Shown here piece by piece: positions 21,392 to 30,967 of a stretch of DNA of 64,000 nucleotides. This DNA is from an uncultured Nitrospiraceae bacterium (lineage in GTDB: Bacteria > Nitrospirota > Thermodesulfovibrionia > Thermodesulfovibrionales > Dissulfurispiraceae), in NCBI GenBank assembly GCA_963727805.1, contig CAVSHF010000005.1, positions 1,024,001 through 1,088,000 on the forward strand, read 5' to 3'. The number at the start of each line of letters is the position of its first letter. The stretch's first letter is position 1. The notes beneath the pieces are model-generated. The model had not been told where the DNA came from. It was given only the letters and a program-made list of their open reading frames with translations, and did not search any database. The position numbers and the translations under genes are program-made.

Positions 21392-22585
21392 CTACATCGG
21401 CAATTCAAGGATGCTGAATATCGCCATAAAAACTGAAAGGACAATAAACCCGATGATCAATGCCATAGCGATGATTATCATCGGCTCGAGCAGACCCATA
21501 AACCTCTTTATCGCTTCCCGCAGGCTCTTTTCGTAGGTTGTAGCAACCTTGAGCAGCATCGTGTCAAGCTGTCCGGTTTCCTCTCCAACTTTCACCATCG
21601 AAAGGGCAAGCTGAGGAAAGATCTTTGTGCCAGCAAGAGGGGCCGCAAGCCCCTTGCCTTCCTTCGCCCCTTTCGGCAGGCTTTCGAGGGCGCGTGCTAT
21701 AGCGCGATTGCTTATAACATCTCGCGCGTTATTTAATGCCTGCAGGAGCGGGACCCCACTTTTGAGCAGCGTACCGAGGGTCCTGCAGAAACGTGCTGTC
21801 TCTATCTTGATGATGACATCTCCCATAAGTTTCAGTTTCAGGGAGTCCCATTTGAGCCTCCCATCGACTGTCTTGATATATTTCATGACCAGGAAAATGC
21901 CTGCTCCTATGGTCAAAGCTGCCATCCACCAGTACGCCTTAAGTGCCGAGCTGAACCACAGGATCATTTTTGTCGAGAGCGGGAGGGAGGTTCCGATATC
22001 CGCAAAGATTGTTGAGAAACGGGGGAGAACAAAAGTAAGCATAATGATAATGGATATGCCACCTGCAACGATCAATAACGCCGGATAGATCATCGAAGAA
22101 ATTATGTGGTCCTTAAGTTCTTTCGATGATTCAAGGAATTCGTTCAGTTTATCGAGTACGATATCCAGGACGCCGCCCGCTTCCCCCGCACGCACCATAT
22201 TGACATAGATCCGCGGGAATACCTTCGGGTGCTTCTGGAGGGCATCCGAAAAGGAGCTACCCTCCCTGATCGATTTGAGAATCGACTGGACGATACCTTT
22301 CATCTCCTTGCTTTCTGAAACCTCGGAAATGATATTAAGGCTGCGGTCAAGGGGCAGTCCGGCGCCAAGTAGGGCCGAGAGTTCGGTCGTAAAGGTAAGG
22401 ATATCCCCCTTTGATTTCCTTAGGGAGATCCTCTTCATGAATCCCTCCCTGGGGGCTGTGATATCGAATGGAATCACGCCAGTGTTACGGAGCCTCTCTA
22501 CGGCGGCCTTCTCATCGGCGGCTTCAATGGCCCCTTCCACTACGACTCCCTCTTTCGTGGTCGCACGGTATGAGAAGATCGCCAT
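21392..22585 (-). CDS. gspF: Type II secretion platform protein F
   Basis: AGEAGGVLD, SMIYP, VGEETGQLD, LLEP. Confidence 0.95.
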   Translation of the reverse strand: MAIFSYRATTKEGVVVEGAIEAADEKAAVERLRNTGVIPFDITAPREGFMKRISLRKSKGDILTFTTELSALLGAGLPLDRSLNIISEVSESKEMKGIVQSILKSIREGSSFSDALQKHPKVFPRIYVNMVRAGEAGGVLDIVLDKLNEFLESSKELKDHIISSMIYPALLIVAGGISIIIMLTFVLPRFSTIFADIGTSLPLSTKMILWFSSALKAYWWMAALTIGAGIFLVMKYIKTVDGRLKWDSLKLKLMGDVIIKIETARFCRTLGTLLKSGVPLLQALNNARDVISNRAIARALESLPKGAKEGKGLAAPLAGTKIFPQLALSMVKVGEETGQLDTMLLKVATTYEKSLREAIKRFMGLLEPMIIIAMALIIGFIVLSVFMAIFSILELPM

Positions 22586-24124
22586 TTATACCTCCTGAGT
22601 CACCCGGAGTACCTCGCTGAGGGTTGTCAAGCCGTCACGTATACGCTTTATTCCATAATCAAGCAAAGTCAACATTCCATGCTTCTTTGCCGCATCGCGG
22701 ATCTGGAGCGAATCAACATCCCTGAGAACCATCCTCCTGATATCTTCATCAACGACAAGGAGTTCATAGAGTCCAGTTCTTCCGAAATAGCCGGTATTTG
22801 AGCATACCTCGCACCCCTTACCCCTGTATATAGGGATATCCTCCGGCAGGCCGAGGACTTTCAGTTCTTCGCGGGCGGCGGGTGAATCATCTCTTTCCTT
22901 ACAGGAGGGGCATATGACCCTCACAAGCCTCTGGGCTAATATCCCCCTTACCGTTGAGGAGAGGAGAAAATGTTCGACGCCCATGTCAAGAAGCCTTGTG
23001 ATCGCACTCGGAGCATCGTTAGTATGGAGCGTCGAGAATACCAGGTGGCCCGTCAATGCCGATTGTATGGCGATCTCGGCAGTCTCCAAGTCCCTGATTT
23101 CTCCGATCATGATGATATCGGGGTCTTGCCTAACGATGTGTCTGAGCGTGTTCGCAAAGTTAAGCCCGATCTGGGGCTTTACCTGTATCTGATTGACCCC
23201 TTTAAGATGATATTCTATCGGGTCCTCAACGGTGATGATCTTGTTGCCCGGCAGATTGATCTTGTCGAGGGCGCCGTAAAGCGTGGTCGTTTTTCCGCTG
23301 CCTGTCGGCCCTGTAACGAGAACAATGCCGTTAGGTTTCTTTATAAGTTCGTTAAAAGTGGCGAGCGTCACCTCGTCGAAGCCGAGTTGCTGGAGATCGA
23401 TTACTATCCCTTCTTTCCGCAAGATCCTCATGACAATACTTTCTCCGTAGAGTATCGGGATGGTCGAAACCCTGAGGTCTATCTCGCGCACTCCGACTTT
23501 GAGCTTTATACGCCCATCCTGCGGGAGCCGCTTTTCAGCGATGTTGAGCTTCGCCATGATCTTGATCCTCGAAATGATAGCAGCTTGGAGTTTCTTTGGT
23601 ATCGATTCAACATCATGCAGGATTCCATCGATCCTGTACCTGACTTTTAGCTCGTCCTCAAAGGGTTCTATATGAATATCGCTTGCTCGGCCCTCTATCG
23701 CCCGCGTGATGATCATGTTGACAAGCTGAATGATCGGGGCCTCGGAGGCGAGGTCTTTAAGATGACCGATATCTTCTGCCTCTTCATCCCTTAGGAATTC
23801 GACCCCCTGCTCACCCATATCCTCGATGATCCGGTTAATATTCTGAGATTCCTGCTCATAGAACTTCTTCAGGTATTCGTCGATGGTATCGCTCTCCGCC
23901 TTGCAGGAGATAACGTCGGCAGAAAGGGCCACCTTAAGCGCATCGATAGTGTCTCGGTCGCCCGGATTTGACATGGCGACCTTAAGAACATTGTTTTTAT
24001 ATTCGAGGGGAATGATCCTGTTTTGCTGAATAAAACGCGAAGATATGCCCGCAAGGACAACGGGGACCTTCGGTAGGTCCTCAAGAGTCAGAACAGCGTG
24101 GTCAAAGGAGAGTTGATCAGACAT
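22586..24124 (-). CDS. gspE: Type II secretion ATPase E
   Basis: Canonical GPTGSGKTTT, TVEDPIE, RQDPDIIMIGEIRD, GHLVFSTLHTND, CxxC pairs. Confidence 0.95.
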   Translation of the reverse strand: MSDQLSFDHAVLTLEDLPKVPVVLAGISSRFIQQNRIIPLEYKNNVLKVAMSNPGDRDTIDALKVALSADVISCKAESDTIDEYLKKFYEQESQNINRIIEDMGEQGVEFLRDEEAEDIGHLKDLASEAPIIQLVNMIITRAIEGRASDIHIEPFEDELKVRYRIDGILHDVESIPKKLQAAIISRIKIMAKLNIAEKRLPQDGRIKLKVGVREIDLRVSTIPILYGESIVMRILRKEGIVIDLQQLGFDEVTLATFNELIKKPNGIVLVTGPTGSGKTTTLYGALDKINLPGNKIITVEDPIEYHLKGVNQIQVKPQIGLNFANTLRHIVRQDPDIIMIGEIRDLETAEIAIQSALTGHLVFSTLHTNDAPSAITRLLDMGVEHFLLSSTVRGILAQRLVRVICPSCKERDDSPAAREELKVLGLPEDIPIYRGKGCEVCSNTGYFGRTGLYELLVVDEDIRRMVLRDVDSLQIRDAAKKHGMLTLLDYGIKRIRDGLTTLSEVLRVTQEV

Positions 24125-24165
24125 TATTATTCACCCATTGGGCCTCGGAACGACATAAAGAACAG

Positions 24166-24606
24166 TTATTCCCAGCTCGTAACGTCCTTATCTTCGCCCT
24201 CTCCACCAGGCGTACCATCCCTGCCATACGAAAAGAGATCATAATCGCCATGGGTGCCGGGACAGACATAATTATAAGGTCTCCCCCAAGGGTCAACGGG
24301 TATTAAATTCTTCTTCAGATAAGGTCCTTGCCACTTGTCATCTCCGGGATTCGTGATTAGGGCCTGAAGCCCCTGCTCGCTTGTGGGATATTGACCTGTG
24401 TCCAGACGATATTGGTCGAGGGCTTGGCCAAAAAGCTCGATTTGTGCCTGAGCCGCTGAGGTCTTCCCCTTTCCAAGTTTCGGAAAAATCTTAGGCGCCA
24501 CGAGAGCGGCAAGAAGTGCGATAATTGCCATAACTACAAGAAGCTCGACCAATGTAAAGCCCTGCCTGTCATAAATGCCCTGATGCTTCCAATATTTCAT
24601 CTTCAT
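24166..24606 (-). CDS. gspG: Type II secretion major pseudopilin G
   Basis: G-FTLVELLVV; YRLDTGQYP, WQGPYL, DPWG, SYGRDG. Confidence 0.96.
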   Translation of the reverse strand: MKMKYWKHQGIYDRQGFTLVELLVVMAIIALLAALVAPKIFPKLGKGKTSAAQAQIELFGQALDQYRLDTGQYPTSEQGLQALITNPGDDKWQGPYLKKNLIPVDPWGRPYNYVCPGTHGDYDLFSYGRDGTPGGEGEDKDVTSWE

Positions 24607-24735
24607 GGTGTCACCTTCTCGATTTGTTCCATTATATACTTATACGTATAATACAATAAACTCTGTTGCCATACAAACTGACAGATGCCCGTCCCGATTA
24701 TCTGCCTGTAACCTCAGAACTTACGGCCGCATGGC

Positions 24736-24764
24736 TTGACTCAAAGAAACAAAAACCTTATTGT
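24736..24764 (+). promoter_or_regulatory. Sigma-70 promoter upstream of gspD
   Basis: TTGACT-N17-TATTGT. Confidence 0.55.
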
Positions 24765-24784
24765 ATACATAAACGGGAGCTTGA

Positions 24785-27052
24785 GTGATCAGACGATTAG
24801 CAATAATATATAGTGCATATGTGGCCGTGCTTGCCTTTCTCTTTTTCGGTAGTATATCCGCATATGCAGAAGTGTCCAATCTTACCCAACCGGTAGTCTC
24901 GCAGATACCGCGCACAACGGCTAAAAACCTAATCGCGCAGACGCCCGTGATCGACAATCCTGCTTCCCCTTCGCCGGAACAGCCTTTTTCAGGACAGCCG
25001 TCTAGTCCACCCTCACCTCTTGGCCCTGGCGTTCCCAATACGATCCCTTCTTTTGCCGGACCTAACGTACCGAGTGAAGTGCCTGAACCCCCAAGCCCTG
25101 CCGGACCCTCCACCTCAACGCCTCCTGGTCAGGCCACTCCTGGGATAACACCCATGCCTCAGGGGACGACGCCCCCCCCTGCCAGGCCAGCATCAACCGT
25201 CATCCGCGCCCAGCCGACGACAGTAATGTCCGGAGGCGGATCGAGCTTCTTTTTCGATGATGCGGACGTGTTTGAAGTCATTCAGACGGTTTTCGGCGAG
25301 GTTTTGAGAGTCAATTACATCGTCGATCCGCAAGTCAAGGGGAGAGTCAATTTCCGCACAACAGCGCCCATTCCGAAAGACAAAATCCTTTCAATCATGG
25401 AAATCATACTGAGGCTTAACGGCATTGCTGTTGTCGAAGAAAGCGGACTCTACCGGATCATTCCAATCGGCAATATCGCCAAGGAACCGGCTCCCATCCG
25501 TTTCGGGAAAGACCCTGAGGCTATTGAACTTAAAGGTACCGCCCTGTTGCAAATTGTACCCCTCACCTACATCAACTCCTCTGAAATGTCAGCTATCCTT
25601 ACTCCGTTGCTTACACAAGGCGGGGCGATACATGATATTTCTAAGAAGAATATACTTATCATCGCCGATACCGATGCCAATGTCAGAAGACTCCTGCAGG
25701 TCGTTTCCTTATTTGACATAGATACCTATAAAGATGCTTCCCAGCCGAAGGTCTATGTTTACCCGCTCCAAAATAGCAAGGCAGAGCATGTAGCGAAAAT
25801 TCTGCAACAGGTAATACTCGGGGGGAGTGCTACGACACCCTCGGGGTCGGGGGTAAAGACTACAACAGGAGGGACAACAACTCCGTCGATCCCGACAGCA
25901 GGACCCACAGGGCCACAGCCGACGTCCCCCACTTCGTCTTCAGGCGCGTCGCTAGTCGCACCAGGCACGAAAGTTATCGCTGACGAAGTGACTAATTCAC
26001 TTGTCATCTATGCCTCGCCGGGTGACTATTCAATCATCCTTGGGGCCATTAAACAGATAGATACCATGCCGCGTCAGGTCATGATCGAGGCGATAGTCGC
26101 TTCAGTAACGATGACCGATAACCTTACGTTAGGAATGCGTTGGAACTTGAACGTTGGCACGCAAAAACTGGATGTCAAGCCTTTCATCAGGCCGATAGTT
26201 GCAGGCGGCCCACTGGGGTTCCAGGGATTGAGTCCGCTGACATCAGGCTTCGGTTATTTTGCTACCGACTCAAAAGGGCAAGTCAGGCTTGCCATAGAAG
26301 CCGACGCTACAACGGGCAAGTCAAAAATACTCTCGGCTCCTCAAATTCTGGTGGCTGATAATCGCGAGGCACGGATACAGGTCGGCCAACAAATTCCGAT
26401 CGCCACGTCGACTACATCAACCCCGATTACAAGCACCAGTACGACAGTGGCGAATGCCACAACATCGACAATCCAGTACAAAGACGTCGGGACAATACTC
26501 AAGGTGAAGCCGCAAATCAACGACAGCGGACTGATATCATTGGAACTTTCTCAGGAAGTCTCTTCGTTCGCTACCCAGTCGATCTTGGGTACAGATCAGG
26601 CCATAATTACCAAGAATGAGGTCTCGACCAATCTCGTTGCGCAGGACGGAGAAACAATTGTAATCGGAGGGCTCGTAAACGAAACGGATTCTACTAGTAG
26701 GGATGCGATACCGCTTCTCGGGAAAATACCTGTTTTAGGATACTTATTCGGTAGAACAGCAGACCAGAATTCGCGGCAGGAACTTGTTATCCTGCTCACA
26801 CCACACGTGGTGAGGAATCAGGCAGATGCCGAAAAGATGACTTCTGACTTTTACGAATTATTCAAGAATGTGGGCAAGGAATTCAAGCTGGAGAAACATA
26901 AAAAGTCAACGCAGACCCCACAGCAAAGCGATGAAAAGGCGTCCCCTAAAAATCTTGAGAAGCCAAATGGCAAAGCTAGTGCCCCGGAATCCTCAAGAGC
27001 AAATGAGAAGGCCTCCATGAGCGCATACCCGCTCTCGTCAAACGATAATTAG
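24785..27052 (+). CDS. gspD: Type II secretion secretin D with Pro-rich N-terminal extension
   Basis: NYIVDPQVKGRV N0 domain, QVMIEA, DVGTILKVKPQI, IPLLGKIPVLGYLF, ELVILLTPHVV. Confidence 0.95.
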   Translation: MIRRLAIIYSAYVAVLAFLFFGSISAYAEVSNLTQPVVSQIPRTTAKNLIAQTPVIDNPASPSPEQPFSGQPSSPPSPLGPGVPNTIPSFAGPNVPSEVPEPPSPAGPSTSTPPGQATPGITPMPQGTTPPPARPASTVIRAQPTTVMSGGGSSFFFDDADVFEVIQTVFGEVLRVNYIVDPQVKGRVNFRTTAPIPKDKILSIMEIILRLNGIAVVEESGLYRIIPIGNIAKEPAPIRFGKDPEAIELKGTALLQIVPLTYINSSEMSAILTPLLTQGGAIHDISKKNILIIADTDANVRRLLQVVSLFDIDTYKDASQPKVYVYPLQNSKAEHVAKILQQVILGGSATTPSGSGVKTTTGGTTTPSIPTAGPTGPQPTSPTSSSGASLVAPGTKVIADEVTNSLVIYASPGDYSIILGAIKQIDTMPRQVMIEAIVASVTMTDNLTLGMRWNLNVGTQKLDVKPFIRPIVAGGPLGFQGLSPLTSGFGYFATDSKGQVRLAIEADATTGKSKILSAPQILVADNREARIQVGQQIPIATSTTSTPITSTSTTVANATTSTIQYKDVGTILKVKPQINDSGLISLELSQEVSSFATQSILGTDQAIITKNEVSTNLVAQDGETIVIGGLVNETDSTSRDAIPLLGKIPVLGYLFGRTADQNSRQELVILLTPHVVRNQADAEKMTSDFYELFKNVGKEFKLEKHKKSTQTPQQSDEKASPKNLEKPNGKASAPESSRANEKASMSAYPLSSNDN

Positions 27053-27067
27053 AGTCTTGCCATAGAC

Positions 27068-27378
27068 TCAGATTTTGATGGTTTCGGCTGGCACTACGAA
27101 TGCTTCCGGGACTGAAGGACGAAGCAATCTGATGATCCTAAGACCCACCTTGTTGTTCAAGACCCAGACAACTCGAGCTTCTACCGAAGGATGAAAGATG
27201 TTAACCGCATGCCCATTCGAAGCCTAGAAGCTGTGACAATGCCGAAGCAGTTTTAGCTCAGATTGACGATTTTGCAGCTCCAGACTTTTCCCTTTGCATC
27301 GGCAAATTCAGTCTCTGTGGCGCAGTTGAGCCTTGGCCTCCGCCTTTTCGCGAAGTAGTTATCGTTATGTGACTTCAT
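27068..27378 (-). pseudogene. PilZ-domain protein pseudogene
   Basis: MKSHNDNYFAKRRRPRLNC...CKIVNLS*NCFGIVT (TAA at 27253-27255); ARVVWVLNNKVGLRI follows in an offset frame. Confidence 0.7.
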
Positions 27379-27566
27379 CCTGAAAAGAATTCCCAAAATA
27401 CCCATGTCGTCCTTTCCACTTTCCCCAGAAAAGAATTTACCCCCAAAAGTACAGAGGCAAAGTCATTATTTAAAATTTACAGGACCTGCGAAAAAAGTAA
27501 GTTATTTTATGAGTACGATACTCACGTCGCAAGGGGAAATCAGGGTAAAAAAAACGATAAAAGAAA

Positions 27567-27642
27567 TGGTGGGCAGTCGCAGAATCGAACTGCGGACACG
27601 AGGCTTTTCAGGCCTCTGCTCTACCGACTGAGCTAACTGCCC
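27567..27642 (-). tRNA. tRNA-Phe(GAA)
   Basis: GGGCAGTTAGCTCAGTCGGTAGAGCAGAGGCCTGAAAAGCCTCGTGTCCGCAGTTCGATTCTGCGACTGCCCACCA. Confidence 0.97.
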
Positions 27643-27713
27643 GTTTCTTTGAAGATAATAACATTAAAACTTTGCGGTGCCAAAAGTCAAGATTTCATCC
27701 TCTTTAGCAGCCC

Positions 27714-28925
27714 TCAAGCCCCGAATTTCTTGAGTCTCAGGGCATTGGCGAGCGCTAGGGTCATCAGGTTGACAGCCGGGAATATGCCGAGTTCCCCCTT
27801 TGTGCATTCACGTTCCGAAAATACGCTGCAGAGGCCGCCGTATACATAGGGTGATTTCAACATTACCGGGACAGGGTGCCAACTGTGGCCCTTCATTAGG
27901 GCGGGCGTTGAGTGGTCCCCGGTAATAATGAGCACGTCGGGGGCCAGCTTTTGGAGTCTTGGCAGGAGTGTGTCGAATTCCTCTATCCGGGCAGCCTTGC
28001 CTTCAAAATTGCCGTCTTCGCCATAGGAGTCGACTTTTTTCACATGAAGAAAGAAAAAGTCATAGTTGTTGTATTTTTCTTCAAGAAACCTTACTTGATC
28101 CTCAACACTGCCTTCGACCGGAGGCGTGTCCATTCCCACAAGCTTCGCCAGTCCCCGGTACATAGGATAAGTAGCAATTGCTATGGCACTGAGCCCAAAG
28201 GCCTCTTCAAATGTAGGGAGGTGGGGCATGTTCGAAAACCCCCGCATTAGGAGAAAATTCGCCTTCTCTTCACCTTGTAAAACCTGTTGTGCTTTCTCGA
28301 TGAACTTTACTGCAATTGCCGCCACTTTCTCCGCGTTCCCAGTGTTCGGACTTGGCGTTAGCGGTGCCTTGCCTTCCTTTTGCGGGTCAGTGTCCTCGAT
28401 ATCTGCCGCACCGGCGGCAAGATTTTCGGGAAATCTCATAATGATTGCTATCCTATGTTCCATTCCCGCGGCAAAGATAAATTCTACATCATCGATTCGC
28501 GGTATTTCGCGCTGGAGCCGTGCGGTGAGTTGTTTGTTATATTCAGTTGGAATCCTGCCGGCTCTCCGGTCCACGATTACACCATTCTTCAGTGTCGAGT
28601 AATTACACCTTACGGCAACGTCCGTCTTTCGAACCTCCATGCCGAGTCCAAGGGCTTCGAGTATTCCCCTTCCGATGATGTATTCAAGGGGCTCGTAACC
28701 GAATATCCCCAGATGCCCCGGCCCGCTACCCGGCGTAATGCCATACCCTACGGGCAAATGAAGTCCGCATGCGGAGCTCTTCGCGAGGGCGTCAAGATTT
28801 GGCGTACGTGCGAACTCAAGTTCAGTTCTTCCATTAACAGGAAGTCCGCCAACCCCATCGAGGACGGTCAGAATGATCTTGCTGCTGTTTTTCTGAATCA
28901 GGTGTTTTATCATGCTCTGCATCAT
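27714..28925 (-). CDS. apgM: Cofactor-independent phosphoglycerate mutase, ApgM type
   Basis: LDGVGG, TPNLD, PGSGPGHL, TGDHSTP, HSWHPVP; start moved to ATG 28925 after AAGGAG. Confidence 0.93.
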   Translation of the reverse strand: MMQSMIKHLIQKNSSKIILTVLDGVGGLPVNGRTELEFARTPNLDALAKSSACGLHLPVGYGITPGSGPGHLGIFGYEPLEYIIGRGILEALGLGMEVRKTDVAVRCNYSTLKNGVIVDRRAGRIPTEYNKQLTARLQREIPRIDDVEFIFAAGMEHRIAIIMRFPENLAAGAADIEDTDPQKEGKAPLTPSPNTGNAEKVAAIAVKFIEKAQQVLQGEEKANFLLMRGFSNMPHLPTFEEAFGLSAIAIATYPMYRGLAKLVGMDTPPVEGSVEDQVRFLEEKYNNYDFFFLHVKKVDSYGEDGNFEGKAARIEEFDTLLPRLQKLAPDVLIITGDHSTPALMKGHSWHPVPVMLKSPYVYGGLCSVFSERECTKGELGIFPAVNLMTLALANALRLKKFGA

Positions 28926-29068
28926 GCGCTCCTTATGGATAAGATATACAAGTAGTATAAGATGATTATATTTTTTCAATCAACGCAATATAAAATCAAT
29001 CCTCCACTGCAGGCTCATAATTTGTTCCGCATTTGGCTTAATGCACTATTATATGATAACTTTTATCT

Positions 29069-29848
29069 ATGAACGGCTATGTTAAAAGAATGATTTTGAA
29101 AAATAGGGGTGTAGTCTCCGAAGAGACCGAAGACATCATCGCTATCGAAAAAAGATTGCGCGTCTCTGTTAATGGGACAACGGTACTAAGCCTCTACTGC
29201 ACACCGCTTATGGTAAGAGAGCTTGTCGTTGGAATGTTTATGACCGAGGAGATAATCAGAGGAGGATGGTGCACTGACAGGATGTCCATTGAGTACGGAG
29301 AGGATGTAACTGTAGATATTCCGGCCGAGGGTGAGGTATCGATGGACGACGCCGTAATCACATCGGGGTGCATCGGGGGGATCACATTCCCCAAGAGACA
29401 AACTTTAAGAAGAACCGAGGATGACTTCACCATCGGAGCCGATAAGATCAAAGACCTCTTCCGAAAATTCCATAATGCTTCGGAGCTCTATCAGCTCACG
29501 GGGTGCGTTCACAGCGCAGGATTGAGCGACGGCGAATCGATACTCTGCCTCGCGGAGGACATCGGCAGGCACAATGCAGTTGATAAAATAATCGGCTATG
29601 CCTTACTCGAAAATATCCCGTTCCAAGGTAAGATCATGCTCGCAAGCGGCAGGCTTTCATCGGAGATCGTCGCGAAGTGCGCCCGGTGGTCCATCCCCAT
29701 CGTGGCAAGCAGGACTTCGCCAACTAGCCTCGCCCTCGATATCGCAGAACGGAGCGGGATAACTGTGGTAGGGTTCATAAGGGCGGACAGGCTCAACGTA
29801 TATACGCACCGGCAAAGGATACATCCGCAAACCGTGGACTATTCGTGA
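29069..29848 (+). CDS. fdhD: Formate dehydrogenase accessory sulfurtransferase
   Basis: TSGC, TGCVHSA, EDIGRHNAVDK, SGRLSSE. Confidence 0.95.
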   Translation: MNGYVKRMILKNRGVVSEETEDIIAIEKRLRVSVNGTTVLSLYCTPLMVRELVVGMFMTEEIIRGGWCTDRMSIEYGEDVTVDIPAEGEVSMDDAVITSGCIGGITFPKRQTLRRTEDDFTIGADKIKDLFRKFHNASELYQLTGCVHSAGLSDGESILCLAEDIGRHNAVDKIIGYALLENIPFQGKIMLASGRLSSEIVAKCARWSIPIVASRTSPTSLALDIAERSGITVVGFIRADRLNVYTHRQRIHPQTVDYS

Positions 29849-29879
29849 TCCTTGATTGCAGGGGTTGCAAGCGGTACCT

Positions 29880-30959
29880 CTATAGTTCGATGGCCACCTT
29901 TTCCTTGGGCAACTTGGCGACAATCTCTTCGGGGACTGGGGAATTATTGATCGCATCCTCATAAGTTATGAGTCCGGCTTTATAGAGCGCGATGAGCGAC
30001 TGGTTCAGGGTCTTCATTCCTGAGCGCGCCGTCTGCATGATGGGGTATATCTGGTTGACCCGCCCTTCCTTTATGAGAGTCCTGATCGCGGGGGTTGGCA
30101 TAAGGACCTCGACCGCCAGGATCCTCCCATTACCATCTTTTCTCTTGATCAGCCGCTGCGAAATAATACCCTCCAGGCATTCAGCAAGGAGGTTTCTCGC
30201 ATAGTCATGGTTCTGGTACGGGAACATCTCAATGATGCGCGTTATAGTCTGTATTGCCGAATTGGTGTGTATAGAAGCGAGGGTCAGATGGCCTGTCTCA
30301 GTAATCGTGAGGGCGGCCTCAATGGCGGGAAGGTCTCTTAATGCGCTGACCATAACAATATCGGGGTCTTGCCTTAAGACATACTTGAGTGCTGAAGAGA
30401 AGGAAGACGTGTCGGAGTCAAGTTCTCTCTGGTTGATGAGACATTTCCCGTGGCTGTGGAGAAACTCTATGGGGTCTTCGATCGTGATGATATGGGCCTC
30501 TCGCTCGCAATTGAGCTTTTCGATCATCGACGCGAGGGTAGTCGACTTGCCGCTTCCAGTCGGCCCAGTAACGAGTATCAGTCCCTGTGTCTTTTTAAGA
30601 ATATCTTCGACAGCATCAGGGATACCGAGTTCATTGAAACCTTTGATGACAAACGGGATCTCCCTGAAAGTGCCGGCAACGGCCCCCCTCTGCATAAAGA
30701 TATTGGCTCTGAATCTGCTCAATCCCTTGATTCCGAAAGAAACGTCAATCTCGTTGGTCGTCTCGAGCTTCCTTATCTGTAAATCGTTCATGAAGCTGTA
30801 GCAGAGTTCCTTCGTATCTTCGGGGGTAAGCAAACGATAGCCCTCGATGGGTAGCAACTTCCCGGCCTTCCTGACCCGGGGATAGGTCCCCGTCGATATA
30901 TGCAGGTCCGACGCACCTTTGTCGATCATAAATTTCAGCAGCTCTATCAATTCAGCCAT
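29880..30959 (-). CDS. pilT: PilT-family retraction ATPase homolog, degenerate Walker B
   Basis: ASDLH, RFRANIF, GPTGSGKSTT, TIEDPIE, but DPDIVMVSALRD; start 30959 or 30971. Confidence 0.85.
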   Translation of the reverse strand: MAELIELLKFMIDKGASDLHISTGTYPRVRKAGKLLPIEGYRLLTPEDTKELCYSFMNDLQIRKLETTNEIDVSFGIKGLSRFRANIFMQRGAVAGTFREIPFVIKGFNELGIPDAVEDILKKTQGLILVTGPTGSGKSTTLASMIEKLNCEREAHIITIEDPIEFLHSHGKCLINQRELDSDTSSFSSALKYVLRQDPDIVMVSALRDLPAIEAALTITETGHLTLASIHTNSAIQTITRIIEMFPYQNHDYARNLLAECLEGIISQRLIKRKDGNGRILAVEVLMPTPAIRTLIKEGRVNQIYPIMQTARSGMKTLNQSLIALYKAGLITYEDAINNSPVPEEIVAKLPKEKVAIEL

Positions 30960-30967
30960 ACCCCCCC

